64,000 nucleotides of DNA from contig BCGN01000003.1 of the NCBI GenBank assembly GCA_001599295.1, positions 1,178,001-1,242,000 of the forward strand. The letters run 5' to 3'. Shown here piece after piece: positions 48,472 to 61,665 of the stretch. A program made the translations under genes and the position numbers. The DNA comes from Sporopachydermia quercuum (taxonomy: Eukaryota). How positions within the stretch are numbered: position 1 is the first letter of the stretch; each line of letters opens with the position of its first letter. The notes under the pieces are model-generated. The model ran no database searches, was not told where the DNA came from, and saw nothing but the letters and a program-made list of their open reading frames with translations.

Positions 48472-51273
48472 ATGGCAGTTGATGGTGTAACTGAAGAAAG
48501 ACCTGTCAAAAGACAGAAAACGCAAGCTGGAAATGAAGTAGACCGGCCGTCTCCCATAAGAACACCAATTGATAATGATATAAAACTTCCAGACGGAAAT
48601 CATGTAAGTTCAGTCGTGAACAACTCTTCTAAAGATATTATTGAGGGTAGCCCACAATTACCCGAAAGTCAAAGTATAGGGCCTATACATTCCACCCAGG
48701 AACAACGCGCCACAGAGNAGCACCTACTGGAATCAGTATCGGCAACATACAATGAAGATAAATCGCCATCTTTGAGCCAGATGGCCGAGGAACTCCCAAA
48801 CATGCCGATGGACTCATTTCAACATCATTTAAGGACTTTGGAAGAAGTAACCATACGTGCAAACCAAAATGTTACGGACATTGAAGCTACAACAGCTTTA
48901 CTGCCACACGAGATAGAACCTATATCTGTAGCTAACGAAAGAGAAACAAATCAAGGTATACGAATAAATCCCACGACAGAGCCTATACGTTTAGAGTCGA
49001 CCAATGAAAGAAGTTCTGAGCTGGAAAAGACCGATAATTTAGAACTAAATGATACCACTAATGACAACTCCCCCACCATCTATACTGGTGACCACACAAA
49101 TACCCACAACAGCAGTGACACCAACGAAAACAAGATACAAAGTAAAGAACACGACAATTCAAGCATGGCTCATGAGTCACAATCATTAGTAGTGGATTCG
49201 TTCAAAAATACTCAAACGGCAATGGATTTTTTGAAAGAGCTAGAAAATGTTCAGACACATGAGGCATTGATTGACCCAACATTTAAAGATGACGCAACAC
49301 AACCACCAGAGCAAATCACCTTAATACCGCAAGAAGGCATACAGGAACGAAGCTTTGCTGTTGATTATTCATTACCTTCACATGAAGACTCAATCTTCGG
49401 CTCCCTTTCTCTAAGAACATCAATTTCATTAGAAAACGAATCTCAAAGCCTCTCAACACGTTTTTCCTCAGCTTCGAAATTCAACGCTCTTCCCGCTAGA
49501 ATTAAACTTAAGCTTAACTCCTTAGGAACTCTCGACAACTTAGCAACCCAGATACTTAGAAAACTCACTACAGGCTTTTACCAGCAAATCCTTGATTTAG
49601 TTTCTAGTCCTGATACTGAAGATGGCCAGTGCTTTCAAATCGCTTTAACAATGTTTGAATCGTGTAAACGAATATATTCGGATGATCCATTCATTTNCCC
49701 AAATGATATATTAATATACTATGAAAGTAATAANAACGAGATTGGAGATTTAACAGCCAAGCAAGTATTTTACGAATTAGGAAGCTCATTAATGGACTAT
49801 CTTGAGGTTATCTTAAGGAAGGCTAATCTTGCAACGTTTCTACTAGCTACGTTTGGCTGCATAGAAGTTGGTTTCTTTTATCTTAACGAGTACTTCTTTC
49901 ATGTTTTTGTTCCATCAGTGATAGAAACTACTTTATATCTTAATCAACAACATAACATATTTGTTTCTAATAGCGGAGAAGTGAATATTCCGCCATCTAC
50001 AAATTTGGCTAAATCGGGATCAACAGGCTTCAGATTGTTGAAGAAACATACAGCCTTGTACCTAGATCTGAAAACACAAGCATTCATTTCTGCTATGCAA
50101 CAACAAGAACGAGCCAGGGAAGAAATCCTTGATGATTTATTTCCCGAAACACTATCGCAGGAAATTTTAGCATTGAAAACACATCCTCTAGCATCGTCAA
50201 TTCAGGACACTATCCAAGGTCTGTCTACTACAGAACTGGATTTTGTTAACAGATGCAAAGCAAGGAGAGAATATTTAACCAAAAGCTGTTTAGATATCGA
50301 CGAGGAACCAACCGCAGGCAAATTAACACCGGAAGAACTAGCTGAGAAATATGATTGGCTAAGCTTTCTTAGAGAATTATCTGAATTTGTTGGAAAAAGT
50401 CTGGATTCGATAATTTTCCGGAAAGCNCAGAATCCTAATGGGGTGGCTATGTCTCCAACATCTCAGATTGATCGTAGCGTATATGAGACTATTGGAACAT
50501 CATCAGGAATTGCTGGGGATCTTGCGGTTCCAAGTAAGATAACTTCAGCACTTGTAGCAGCTGCTCATGCAAATTCTTTTAAAATTCAATCTGTAGTGAA
50601 AGCTTCTGAAGCTAATTCAACTGAAGGTAAAGATGCGCAATCAAATGAAGAAACCAACAATAATTCAAGTAGTAGTCAACAGCCTGAGTCTGCGGCAGAG
50701 AAAACTGCAATAACAGCTGCTGGTATCTCCGGAACCTCTACGACTTCAGCATCAGAACTAGGACTAAATCTAAGATCGATTCTAGCAAAATCTGGTTATA
50801 AGGTAAGTAATCCATGGTGGACTACAACACCTGGGGTTGATGAGAGTGATAGGAATAAAACCCAATTCAAGAATTTTGATAAACCTGAAGGTCCCTTTGA
50901 ACCTGAAAAGTCTGCAGGGGTATCTCACCAATCACCTGAAGAACAGCACCAGCCACAGCAACCCANTCGTCAGAGAGTTCAGAAGCCTAGGCCACTGGCT
51001 CAACGGAGATTATGGACTAGAGATGAAGAAGTAGCTTTAAGACAAGGTTTGGATATGGTGAAAGGTCCTTATTGGTCGCAGATTCTCGAATTGTTTGGTG
51101 CTGGTGGCAGGATATCCGAAGTACTGAAGGATCGTACTCAGGTGCAGCTGAAAGACAAAGCACGTAACTGGAAACTTTTCTTCATGAAAAATGGGTTAGA
51201 AGTACCAACCTATCTGAAGTTTGTCACTGGCGATCTATATAGAGAGAAGAAAAAGAAAACCGATATCATATAG
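48472..51273 (+). CDS. TBF1: Telobox (TRF-like Myb) protein Tbf1
   Basis: [23 protein letters not shown]...[22 protein letters not shown]; Myb domain [16 protein letters not shown]...[20 protein letters not shown]. Confidence 0.93.
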   Translation: MAVDGVTEERPVKRQKTQAGNEVDRPSPIRTPIDNDIKLPDGNHVSSVVNNSSKDIIEGSPQLPESQSIGPIHSTQEQRATEXHLLESVSATYNEDKSPSLSQMAEELPNMPMDSFQHHLRTLEEVTIRANQNVTDIEATTALLPHEIEPISVANERETNQGIRINPTTEPIRLESTNERSSELEKTDNLELNDTTNDNSPTIYTGDHTNTHNSSDTNENKIQSKEHDNSSMAHESQSLVVDSFKNTQTAMDFLKELENVQTHEALIDPTFKDDATQPPEQITLIPQEGIQERSFAVDYSLPSHEDSIFGSLSLRTSISLENESQSLSTRFSSASKFNALPARIKLKLNSLGTLDNLATQILRKLTTGFYQQILDLVSSPDTEDGQCFQIALTMFESCKRIYSDDPFIXPNDILIYYESNXNEIGDLTAKQVFYELGSSLMDYLEVILRKANLATFLLATFGCIEVGFFYLNEYFFHVFVPSVIETTLYLNQQHNIFVSNSGEVNIPPSTNLAKSGSTGFRLLKKHTALYLDLKTQAFISAMQQQERAREEILDDLFPETLSQEILALKTHPLASSIQDTIQGLSTTELDFVNRCKARREYLTKSCLDIDEEPTAGKLTPEELAEKYDWLSFLRELSEFVGKSLDSIIFRKXQNPNGVAMSPTSQIDRSVYETIGTSSGIAGDLAVPSKITSALVAAAHANSFKIQSVVKASEANSTEGKDAQSNEETNNNSSSSQQPESAAEKTAITAAGISGTSTTSASELGLNLRSILAKSGYKVSNPWWTTTPGVDESDRNKTQFKNFDKPEGPFEPEKSAGVSHQSPEEQHQPQQPXRQRVQKPRPLAQRRLWTRDEEVALRQGLDMVKGPYWSQILELFGAGGRISEVLKDRTQVQLKDKARNWKLFFMKNGLEVPTYLKFVTGDLYREKKKKTDII

Positions 51274-51735
51274 TATTTATAGTCGATAAGAATCTAGTGA
51301 TTAAGCGAATATTACTATTTGGCATTAACTAGAACTTTTAATATGCCCTGCCTGTGTTATAATCTTTTTTATCTTTTTATTTTCCAAGTTCTCTAGTTGC
51401 TGAGCGATTGTTAAGTTAGTACTACAAATCAAAGTATAGAATAATTGATCTGCTCATATTTGAACCTACATTGAAGACATTGGCATATATTCTGTCTTTC
51501 GTAAAGTCCTGNAATTAATTAAACTAAATAAATAAAAAAATAGCGATGTAACCATTCTTAATCTCTTTGATTTCCTTTCATAAATTGTTAGCCTGAATTC
51601 AGCAGATGGACTGAAAGCTGTATTCCTAGTACTTGTCATGTGTGTTTGATCATAAATTAGGTATCAGTACGGCATTTTGTTGCACGTCATTTCTTTTTAG
51701 GATTAAATTGACATCTTTAACAGGATTCTCACATT

Positions 51736-52029
51736 TCAGTTAGTAACCTTCTTAGCAGCAGAACAACAGTCAGAACATGCACAGCTTGATCCACATTTGC
51801 ATGTTGATGGTTCGTCACAGCAGCACTTGTCGGTTTTTCCTTCTCTCTTCGCTTTACATTGGCAGTTTTCACATTCGCTTTCGCATTTACAGTCAGTGGA
51901 CTTCTTAGCCGTAGAACAGCCTTCACAAGTACAAGGCTTATTGCAAACGCATTCAGCAGGGTTGTTGCATTGGCAAGTAGGTGAGGTAGCAGCTTTGGTG
52001 CTGCAGCTACAGTTAGAAGCAGAAGCCAT
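51736..52029 (-). CDS. Metallothionein, 97 aa with 23 Cys
   Basis: CxC-rich, no aromatic residues; two CxC-x5-CxC-x3-CxC-x2-C blocks. Confidence 0.92.
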   Translation of the reverse strand: MASASNCSCSTKAATSPTCQCNNPAECVCNKPCTCEGCSTAKKSTDCKCESECENCQCKAKREGKTDKCCCDEPSTCKCGSSCACSDCCSAAKKVTN

Positions 52030-53538
52030 GATTAATTCTTTGATTTGTTTAAAATTATTATGAATATTGTATTTTTCTCGAAATACCAGGAGTTNATTAA
52101 GTTGATTAATTGAGATTTAATAATTGGTTTTGGTTAAATGAAAACCGAAAAGACAGATACAAATTAAGAGACATATTACAAGGTATTTGGTTCTTTATAT
52201 ACTTTTACTTCTATTTTATATCAGATTCCATTAAGATTTGCGAGTTATTCGCTTCTCTGTTTAAGTTTAGTTCGAACTTAAATGGCCACACAACTAACCT
52301 TACTTAAAATTATTGGCATGCAAACTTATTCAACTGCCATTTTCGATGGAACCTATGAACTTTATGCCTGTCTCGAGGCGAATATAGCTCAAGACAAGTA
52401 TATCTTTCAAAGTATAGCTCTCTTGGTTTTTGAAAGTTTGTAGTAATCCGTCCATGGAAATTTCAAAAAAAAATGTGATGATACACCCTGGCAAGATAGT
52501 TGCCAACTGCCTTTTAATGCTTTTTTTATTAATTAATCAAATGTTTCAATAAATAGTTTACAATATGATTCATCGATGAAGCACAAAAACCTCTGTAAGT
52601 AGAAACTTTAATTTTAAAAGGAGCCATAGCTTAAGTTTTAGATTGACATAATTTGCTAGGTAAACTCTAATAGTTACATTTGAAATCAGTTCATAGAACT
52701 TTGTTCCTTTCGTAATCAAATATTAAAACCCTAATCTAATGTGTTATCTTTTGATTTTGATTTCCGTATGGAGCAAATGATATCTACAAGTAAATCCAAT
52801 TACATAGATTAACACCTGGTCTGGTCATAATCTTCATGCAGACTTTCCCCTCAGCTGCATTTAGTGGGGAAGCTAGCTAAAAAAGCTCATCTCATGCATT
52901 GTACTGCTGGACTTTATGATAACAAGAAAAATTTGTTGTATGTTGACGACTGGTAAACCAAAATAACAAGAAAATCATTTGGGCAGCGGAAAAGCCTCGA
53001 AGAGTTTTAGTATTATTGATTATTCGAAAACAAAACATTCAAATACTGTACAAGAAATCAATAAATTGTTGCAATTTGATGTACCATAGTCAACAATTAT
53101 ACTGAGCAAAAAAAAAGAAAAAGATATCATAGTGACAAAAGTAAATCAGTTGAGCCACTTTTGCTTCTCTAATATAAACTTGGAAATAAAATTCATTAAT
53201 GCTACACATAGTTGCATCACAGCATTCCAATCTTTGGATATCATATCATATAGAAAATTTTAAATAAGACAATCAACCAATCACAATGTAGAAAACTAGA
53301 AAGAACAGATATTGAGAAGTTTTTATCCTGCTTCTTTTTTCGGTCCCCAAGTGTGTTGACAAACTACTTATTACCTGAACTATCAACCCAACTGTAACTG
53401 AACTATTGCCTGAATTTGAACCGTTTCAATAATAAGAATCAACTACTATTATCTACTATTATCTCATATAAACCTCAATTTTCAAATAATATTCTTCCTC
53501 ATTCTATAAGATTCTATAACTTATGTACAGCTGCATTA

Positions 53539-56500
53539 CTAGATCCAATACAACTCTCCTATTTTGTCCAAAAGCTGAGAAATCAAACTCAAAGCAGCAT
53601 AATCTTTCTGAGATACCGGCACAACAATTGTCAGCAACTGATATAAGTTCTTGAAATATTCTCTGTACTTATTGTTTTTGTTATCTCTTTCCAGCTCCAA
53701 AACCTCCAGTAAACCTTCCATTAATTTTTCAATCTCTCTTCTATGAACAATTGGCATTGGCATTAATCCTCTGAGTTGTTGATCATTAATATACTTGACG
53801 AGAGTTAAAACAGCCCTTACATAGAAGAATGGAAATGCCTCATCACCGATCGTTCTATCAGTTTTGATTGAGAAACCAATCAAATCATCTAAAAGTATCA
53901 TTGCCATTTGAGGTCTTGAAACTAAATCCATGCTTTCAGTCGTACCCAATTCTAATCTGTACGAAGCTTTAGGATCGTTCATTTTATAGTGGGATACTTG
54001 GCTATTAATCTCAGTCAGCAACAAATCNAATCCTTTTCTATCTAATATAAGTCCTGTGTCATCAAATCCAAGCATTGCTATTAGTTCTTCCACATCATAA
54101 AAGAAGCTTCTATGAAGTGTTTCAACTAAAAGCTTTTCCAGTCCATTTTTTACCCACTTCGTTTGGAGTGAGAATTGAGCCATTAGTATATTTCTATATT
54201 GTTTATACAGTATAAGGTCTTGCTTTTCAAACAAACTATTGTTATGTTCATAAAACCTAATAGACTTAGGGTTAGCATTGCCAGTAATGAATTCTTTTCC
54301 TATTTCAATAAAACAGTCCCAATATAATGTTTGTTCTTCAGCAGAGTATACATCAGGATTCTTCTTGAACTCATTCAATACAACGTCAATAGTAAAAATG
54401 ATCGTTGAGCCTGATAGTATCCATACTGGATTTTTCACGTTACCAATGAACTTGGACTTCTCGAGCTTCAATAAACTGTGGAGAAGAGTNAAGTATGTTT
54501 CATTTTTGATGAGTGTTTGTATATCTCTTATTGAGTTGAGTTTTCTGTTTAGCAAAACGATGCTTTCGCTTGATACCGCTATATATGAAGGTCTAGAGTT
54601 CTCACGAGATTTACCTTGACCAGCAATCGTATCAGCATTCGCAAGCAATCCTAAAATTGAATATCGATTTAGCTGTAGTAATAATTTCCCAGTAATTTCA
54701 ATTGATTCGCTATTGATCAGCTTCATACTATCAAATACTTTTCTTTGTATGGGACAACAGACTGATGTATCAGTAGTCGAAACTGGCAGTGCTGGATACA
54801 ACATACATTCATCCAACCTCAAGAGAATTTTAGATAGCAACGTTTCGGTTAATAAATGATCTTTAACTATGGGATTATTCAACAATGCAAGCAGTGGTTC
54901 TAAGCAGATCAAATATTGTGTCAGTGTCTCATGATATTCTCTAACGCTTTCTGTATCAGAATTAATAAAATTATTAGGCTTATCTTCAGTATTATTGGTA
55001 GGAAGCTCAATAGGCTTACTCAACCATAATTTAATAAGCTCGCTCAATAACTCAATTGGAATTTCAATCGGCTCTTCTTCATTTCCATGATTTTCTAAAC
55101 TCTGTAAAACCTCCTGTAGAGATTTATAAATGTTTAGATTACATTCAGGCCAGCCTAAAACAATTACTTGTTGAATATAGCTTATATACACTTTCCAAAT
55201 GATAATAGCACTAGGAAAAGTATCAAATTTCCAAAGAAATCCCGTGAGAAGTTTGGACATTCCGTTCACTATTAACTTGACGGTTTCACTCCATTCACAT
55301 AGAATTTCCCTTTCTGTCTCTTGATTACTCTTTTGCAATGCAGAATTTACTCTTTGATGAAACTTCATTGGCCCTCTGAACATAAACTGGAAACAACACA
55401 ACCAGAAACTATCATGCAATTGTTTTCCTTGTAATTCAACAATACCAAACAATGTCTGAACTGCACCATTTCTCACTTGAGCATTTCTAACAGTTGTAAT
55501 CTCCCCAAGCATTACTAACAGGTAAATCCATAATCCTCTATACTGTTCGCTTTTACTGGTACTAGTTTCACTATCATTGCTATCATCTGAGCCTCTATGA
55601 ATCTTTTCTAGCTCTTCAACTAACAGTTCCTGCGTCATTGATTCTGGTTTGGTATTAATATTATACACAAAATCTTCGATCTTACTCGTCAAATGACTAG
55701 ATACCATCCAGAAGTAACTGATTGCCGATAATGCAATATTAATCTCATAGTCTTGCCGACAGAACAAAAACAACGTATCAACTAAGGATTTGACACTTGT
55801 ACGAGGTACNGTATGTAAGAAATCGTTGCAGATTAGTTGAACTGATTCGAAAGTGGCACTTGTCAACTGAATTACAAGTTCATCCAAACTTTTGATGATA
55901 CTGGTAGAAATAAGAGTTTTCTTTAATTTAGGGCGGGATCTAGTTGTTATTTCAAAAGGACAGTTCAATATCCGAAACAAGCTTCTCCAGCCTTCTCCTA
56001 ATCCTTGACCTGATCTATCAATAAGTTGACATACTGATTCAAGCACTAGTTTATATATATCACTTTCACAAGTCATAGAGCCATTAGAATCAAGTATTGG
56101 ACCCGCGATAGTCTTAGTAAGACTGCTTATCAGTTTCTCCAGAGATCTAACAATTAGAACAATAGAATCATTCTTCATCGACGCAGCAATGCTTTCATTG
56201 GGTCCATTAATGAGAAAAGCTAAGAAGTCGCTAATAAGCTTGGTAAATATCTCGCNGACCTTAACTCTTGATTCTGGTGCAATAGTAGTGTTAATAGCAA
56301 TAGTAATATAGCTTTCAACAACTAGATTCCAGCAGTTTTTGCCAATTAAACTTGTAGGATCTTTATTACCAAGTTTAGAAAGCCTGCTGAAGTTTGCTTC
56401 GGTCAACTCAGATATCTTTTCAAGGAAAAACTCTGGATCATGTTCTAATGGCTGTAATAACAATACTGAACCATAACCTACANTAGCAGTAGCTGTAGAG

Positions 56501-58797
56501 CTTCCCTGTTCTTTCTTGTTTCCAACAGAGAAAACCTTATCGGATAGTTCTTTTAGTATAAGCAACATGTCGTAGATTCTCTGTAGAGGATAGTCTTTCG
56601 TACTCTTTAGTATACGTTGATATAAATTGTCGATAGACGAATAATCGACACCAGAATTAGACGATGAGGCTGATGTTAAACCTTTGGTTGGCTTGGTTAG
56701 CTTATAGTTATAAGTACTCCATTGTACGCATACAAATACTGTTCTCCATGATTCATCAAGGGTTGGTCCTAAAGACATAACTAATGATAATAGTGCCCTT
56801 AAGCATAAAATATTTCTGCTGTTAGTAGGATATGGTGAGCCATTAACTTTAGAGCCATTACTCAAATCACGAACAGAAGCCCCTGAAAGCATAACAATCA
56901 TAGCATCACGAGGTTCAGTAAGTTCTAAAATGCCAGTAGCATGAGTAAATCTTTGAAATGATCTCAAAACACTGTGAAACGTCCTTTTGTCAGTACGAGA
57001 ATAAAGCAATATACGATACACTTCAAATAAGCTTGACCAGCATGCTTCAACAAGACCTATACACAATAAGAGCTCAGAATTATGATTTGAAGGAAGAATA
57101 CTGTCATTAGTTACCGAGTCAGAAATAATAGTTCCCGTCTCAATTTCAGCCTCTTCTAACGGTACTTCATGTGCATCCTCTGGTGAAGAGGATCTTTCTT
57201 TCTTAATCAGAGCTGAAACTTTCAATACATGTTTTCCAATATGTTCTCCCAGAGCATTAACGCATTGAAGAACAAGAAACAGTATATATAAAGGTGAGAG
57301 CACAGGAGGTTCAGTTTTGTCTAGCAGATCAATGCAAGGTACTTTTGGTTGTGAGTTGGAAGAAAGTAGATCAGGAGTAGTATTATTAGTATCTGTATGT
57401 GAAGCTGTTGAATTGGCTGTAGANCTATTCGTAGGATTCGAAACTTGACCTTGTTTTATCTCATCATAATCTATGAGTTTGCTTGCAGGTGAAAGCAGAT
57501 CAATATTTTCATTCACAATTTCATAAAATGCAATGACCAAGTCTTTGGTAACACTCTTTTTACCTTCTTGTAAATCGTAGGTGCTGTAGATTGACCGTAT
57601 AAGATCAAATCTTGTATAGATTTCATGGAACAGTTCCATACAAATGACTCGTTTCCAGTATGACATTCCCCCAGTAGGCAACACCAAATGAGTCAATAAT
57701 GACAAAACAACTTCGCATTCAACTGAGAGAATTGAAAGTAGGTTCTTGACAGAAAGTAGAATAATTCTTGCAACTCTCACAACAATTGCATATTCCTGTG
57801 ATACAGAGAATGATCGAAGTAATAATGGAATTACTCTTGTTCTCAGTAAAAAGCCTAGTTCATTATGTGATTTAAATAACTGATGATGGCTCTTCAAGAT
57901 GCTTTCTAATAGTTCAAATCCAAATGTTTCTGATAGATAATTGAATCTTAGAAAAGAAGGTCTTCTATGTTCAATCAGTGTGCATAAATCCAAGAATATT
58001 CTTTGGGCATCATACGCAGCAGGAGCAACTAGCAGTGTTTGACCATCATCAATTGGAACAGAATATGGTTTGAGGAGGGTTTTACCTCCTTCTTGATCCT
58101 CTTTATAAACTTTGTCAAACACAAATATTATGAGCTGTTGTAATGTTGCTGTTGCTGTGTTTACAACTACTGGTACTTTATTAGCCCCCTGTAGCATAGC
58201 ACATACCAAAAGCAAATTTGCAATGGTATCATCATGCATATGAAGTCCATAATTAAGAAATAACGCGGGTAGCGATTGGAGTATTTTTAGTTGAATTTCA
58301 ATAGCGAGATGACTGGCCTCAATGTAAGCATCAATGACTGCCGGTAGCCTTTTTACTGGGAGACCCTTCGATAAAATCAATCTACTTAGACACTGAACAG
58401 CAATTGCGCTGTATTTTCCATTCCTTGTTGAACAAGCTATCAGAAAAGGCTCAATAAATGACTCTCTGTGTGACAGTTCTAATTAAGAATAGCTGGTTAG
58501 TGTCATGAATGATGATTATCAAAAAGTGCACATGCCTTGTCTCTAAACCATAACGCAAGCAGGGAATGNTATTAGTACATACCTTCCATGAACTGAGACT
58601 CTGATTTGTTGGAATCATAGCTTTTTAGAATATCTAGCGACGCCTCAGCAGTCTTTATTTAGGTTATGTTAGTAGAATCCTCATAGATAATAAGGAATCG
58701 GAAAAAATCAACATACACTTCTGATATCATGATTGCGACGTTTGGTTTCAGACGCTAGATTTGTAAGCTCTGAGAAAAGTAGACTAACAGTGCTCAT
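53539..58797 (-). CDS. MON2: Mon2/Ysl2 Arf-GEF-like Golgi/endosome protein; exons 58797-58717, 58652-58583, 58478-53539; 1696 aa
   Basis: Spliced N-term LFSELTNLASETKRRNHDIRSTAEASL...FIEPFLIAC; IQLKILQSL, FGFELLESIL, WKRVICME, VPCIDLLDKTEPP, FESVQLICNDFL, VRNGAVQTLF, DQQLRGLMPMP. Confidence 0.93.
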
Positions 58798-59628
58798 TCT
58801 CAAATCTTATTCTTTCCATTTGCTCACTGAATTACTTCGAGTATCAGTTTCAATAATTTCTCCTGAGAGCATGTCATTGCCAGCATTTAGCAATCAACGG
58901 TCCTTCTAAACAAGTAATTACTGGAGACTAAGGACACGAATAGATAGCTAATAACCGCCCAAAGATGAACAATCCAGTTCTCAACAAAACTTTTTGGTTA
59001 TNATGCTTATCTATTTTATCTATACTAACAGCTCAACAATCAGAATAGCATTAATACTTTACTCTTACTCTACTACTCGTAGCAAAAAATTGATTCGTCT
59101 GTTGTTCAATAATAAAAGTNCTCCCTCATTAACAAATCCATGTGATATTTCATCGCAATCGGTCTCCTTATATACCTTTAGCAATAGAGAGACACCTATC
59201 AATAGACGGTAATAATGTAGTCATGTGATTGTTTATAATCTCTGATATTGGTTNCATGCATGTATCTGCATTAGATGCATAATAAGTTATCCCCAATAAA
59301 AAGCTGGATGATGATGATTATCTAACAGTTAAGAACTGTACAATTAGATAGAAAGCAGTTTTAACAAGCAAACGGCGTAAGTAGGAAGGCAAAAGAGACT
59401 GGTGATTTTCTGTTTCTGTTGAAGATTACAAAGGTTGAGAATAACAGGTTTTAAATCTTCACGGCCCTTAATGCATATTTTAGCTATTGTTTGATTCGTC
59501 TGCAGGGACATTNCATTTTTTGCCATTCGACCTTCTTCTGATCATACTGCAAACACAACATAGAAATTCAGGTTGCATGGACTCAAAATAGCAGTTGTAC
59601 ACTTTCAGCATATCATTTCAATTTAAAA

Positions 59629-61665
59629 ATGGCTTTTCATTATTTGAAATCAAACAGAAGATGTGTTATGAGTACTCGCTCATTTCTAATCATACATTCA
59701 CATCGTCAGATTTATATATCGAAGCCTATACATAGATTGTACTCTTCGCGATCAAAGAATAAGGAGGAGACCAAGAATACTGAAAACAATACAAAGGAAA
59801 CGAGAGAGAAGCCTAAAGTAGTGAAATCGTCTCTTAAGAATGAATCATCAGAGAAACCTCATAGTAGCGTCTATCAACAAATTCTTCAAGATGTGAACAG
59901 TTCAGATTTACAGTTTTCTGAAGATGTTCCTTCAAATGATATCGGCATCGTAATACCAGGTAAAAGCACAACTAGGAAATCAAATATACCAACAAAAAGT
60001 GTGTCATCATCTTCAAGCATCAAAAAATCTTCAATCAACTTCAAGAAAGCCCCAAAGACGAAGGTGGTCGTTATGTCGCCGAAACTCAAGTTTAAACCTG
60101 TGAAATCAACCAGGAACATTCATATAGCTGACATTGAAGTAGATGGTCTTCTTTCAGGCTACAGACCGCTGTTTCTAGGTAATAACAACAAAGATATTCA
60201 ATCTATAGACTTATACCCCCCTTTGAATTATGATCCACTACTAACGTTCGAAGATATGATGTTTTCTGATCCAAATTTTAAGATGTCTCCTCGGATTTAT
60301 AATTTAACTCCACCTGAAAAAGATCAATCAGTGAAGGTTAGAAAAGTGGTTATAGAGGCAGAGAAATCTGAATTAACTGACGAAGTTTTAGATCAGATAC
60401 AGAAGAAGCATGCAAATAGCTCCCAGAAGTCTAGTCAAGTGCCAAAGACGGGCTTCGAAGTGTACAATAAATCATTTCAGAACAAGCTAGCATCAGATTA
60501 TTGGAATCTTGAACCTTCTACAAAGAAACCCAAGCCTTTTGACTATACAGCACTTCCAATGGAACGTGAAGANAGCAATAAAGATATATTCAGTAGAGGA
60601 ATCATCAGTAATGTTTCTAGTGCCATTAAAAATGATTCATCGTATACGATAGAAGAAGCTACTCATCCAACTGTTATTTCTCAAATATCTGNTCCTGAGC
60701 ATGAATTTTTAGAGAAAGAACTAAACACATCCAAAAATCATTCGTGGAATACAATCCCATACAAAATGTCTATATCCATGTATAGAAAATATTCCAAGAA
60801 AAATACTTGGCCAGTGGTCTCGTTAGTTGTTGAAACATCAACTGTTGGGGGGTTCAAAATAGCTGAAATGTCTATAAGTCAATTGTTCAAAGCTTTATGG
60901 AATTTCAGACCTATTCCTTACAAGAACATTTCTTCGTTGTCTGGGAAGTTCGACAGTGTCATTACTGAGAGTAATATACCTTCTGCTCCTGTGCCGGAAA
61001 AAGTACAATTAGAACCTGGAAAAACCAATTTGAAAGATCTAGAATATTTAGCTGATAGATTGGAAGAATTTGATGGTAAACTTGCTAAGAAAGAAAAATT
61101 TAATGAAGGAAGTGATCTTGAAGATATCCTTGAATTGGGACAAATCCTAATTTCGATTAGAAAGAAGCTATCTGATTCTGGTAACAAAACTTCTGCCCAG
61201 TCTTTGTCTGACTTGGTAAGAACCTCAATTGGTACTTTTGGCGATTTGTGGATTGACAGGGTAAGCACCACTGATGAGTCCTCGTTCTGTCTACTGGTGC
61301 CATTATCATGTTTCAATGTTATTGGTACCAAACCATTAGACGGATCAGAAGAAGTATTAGTAGATATTCAAATGCCTGGATTTTTACAAAACTCTGATAT
61401 GATTAGATATAAAACTAAGGGCGACTCAGTGTTCTTCAAGGTGTTCAGATTAAGATATTTTGGACCCAGTAGATATTATGATTTTTATCCTTATCAGAAA
61501 AAGAAATGGTGGTGGTTTCCATCATCTGTTGAAAGTAATCACTCTGTGTTCAAGAGGGGGAGATCGTCAGAGGTTAGTAGTAAAACAAGGAGAGTTAGTA
61601 CTAAAGGCAAAGGTAAGTCTATACCAGTGAGAATTTTAGATGGCGAGATAAATTTATGGAAGTAG
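59629..61665 (+). CDS. Probable mitochondrial protein with Pet20/Sue1/Mrx6-type motif
   Basis: Arg/Ser-rich presequence-like N-terminus (IHRLYSS); VKSTRNIHIADIEVDGLLSGYRPL resembles the Pet20-family VPST..I...D....L.SGYRPL motif. Remainder unrecognised. Confidence 0.6.
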   Translation: MAFHYLKSNRRCVMSTRSFLIIHSHRQIYISKPIHRLYSSRSKNKEETKNTENNTKETREKPKVVKSSLKNESSEKPHSSVYQQILQDVNSSDLQFSEDVPSNDIGIVIPGKSTTRKSNIPTKSVSSSSSIKKSSINFKKAPKTKVVVMSPKLKFKPVKSTRNIHIADIEVDGLLSGYRPLFLGNNNKDIQSIDLYPPLNYDPLLTFEDMMFSDPNFKMSPRIYNLTPPEKDQSVKVRKVVIEAEKSELTDEVLDQIQKKHANSSQKSSQVPKTGFEVYNKSFQNKLASDYWNLEPSTKKPKPFDYTALPMEREXSNKDIFSRGIISNVSSAIKNDSSYTIEEATHPTVISQISXPEHEFLEKELNTSKNHSWNTIPYKMSISMYRKYSKKNTWPVVSLVVETSTVGGFKIAEMSISQLFKALWNFRPIPYKNISSLSGKFDSVITESNIPSAPVPEKVQLEPGKTNLKDLEYLADRLEEFDGKLAKKEKFNEGSDLEDILELGQILISIRKKLSDSGNKTSAQSLSDLVRTSIGTFGDLWIDRVSTTDESSFCLLVPLSCFNVIGTKPLDGSEEVLVDIQMPGFLQNSDMIRYKTKGDSVFFKVFRLRYFGPSRYYDFYPYQKKKWWWFPSSVESNHSVFKRGRSSEVSSKTRRVSTKGKGKSIPVRILDGEINLWK

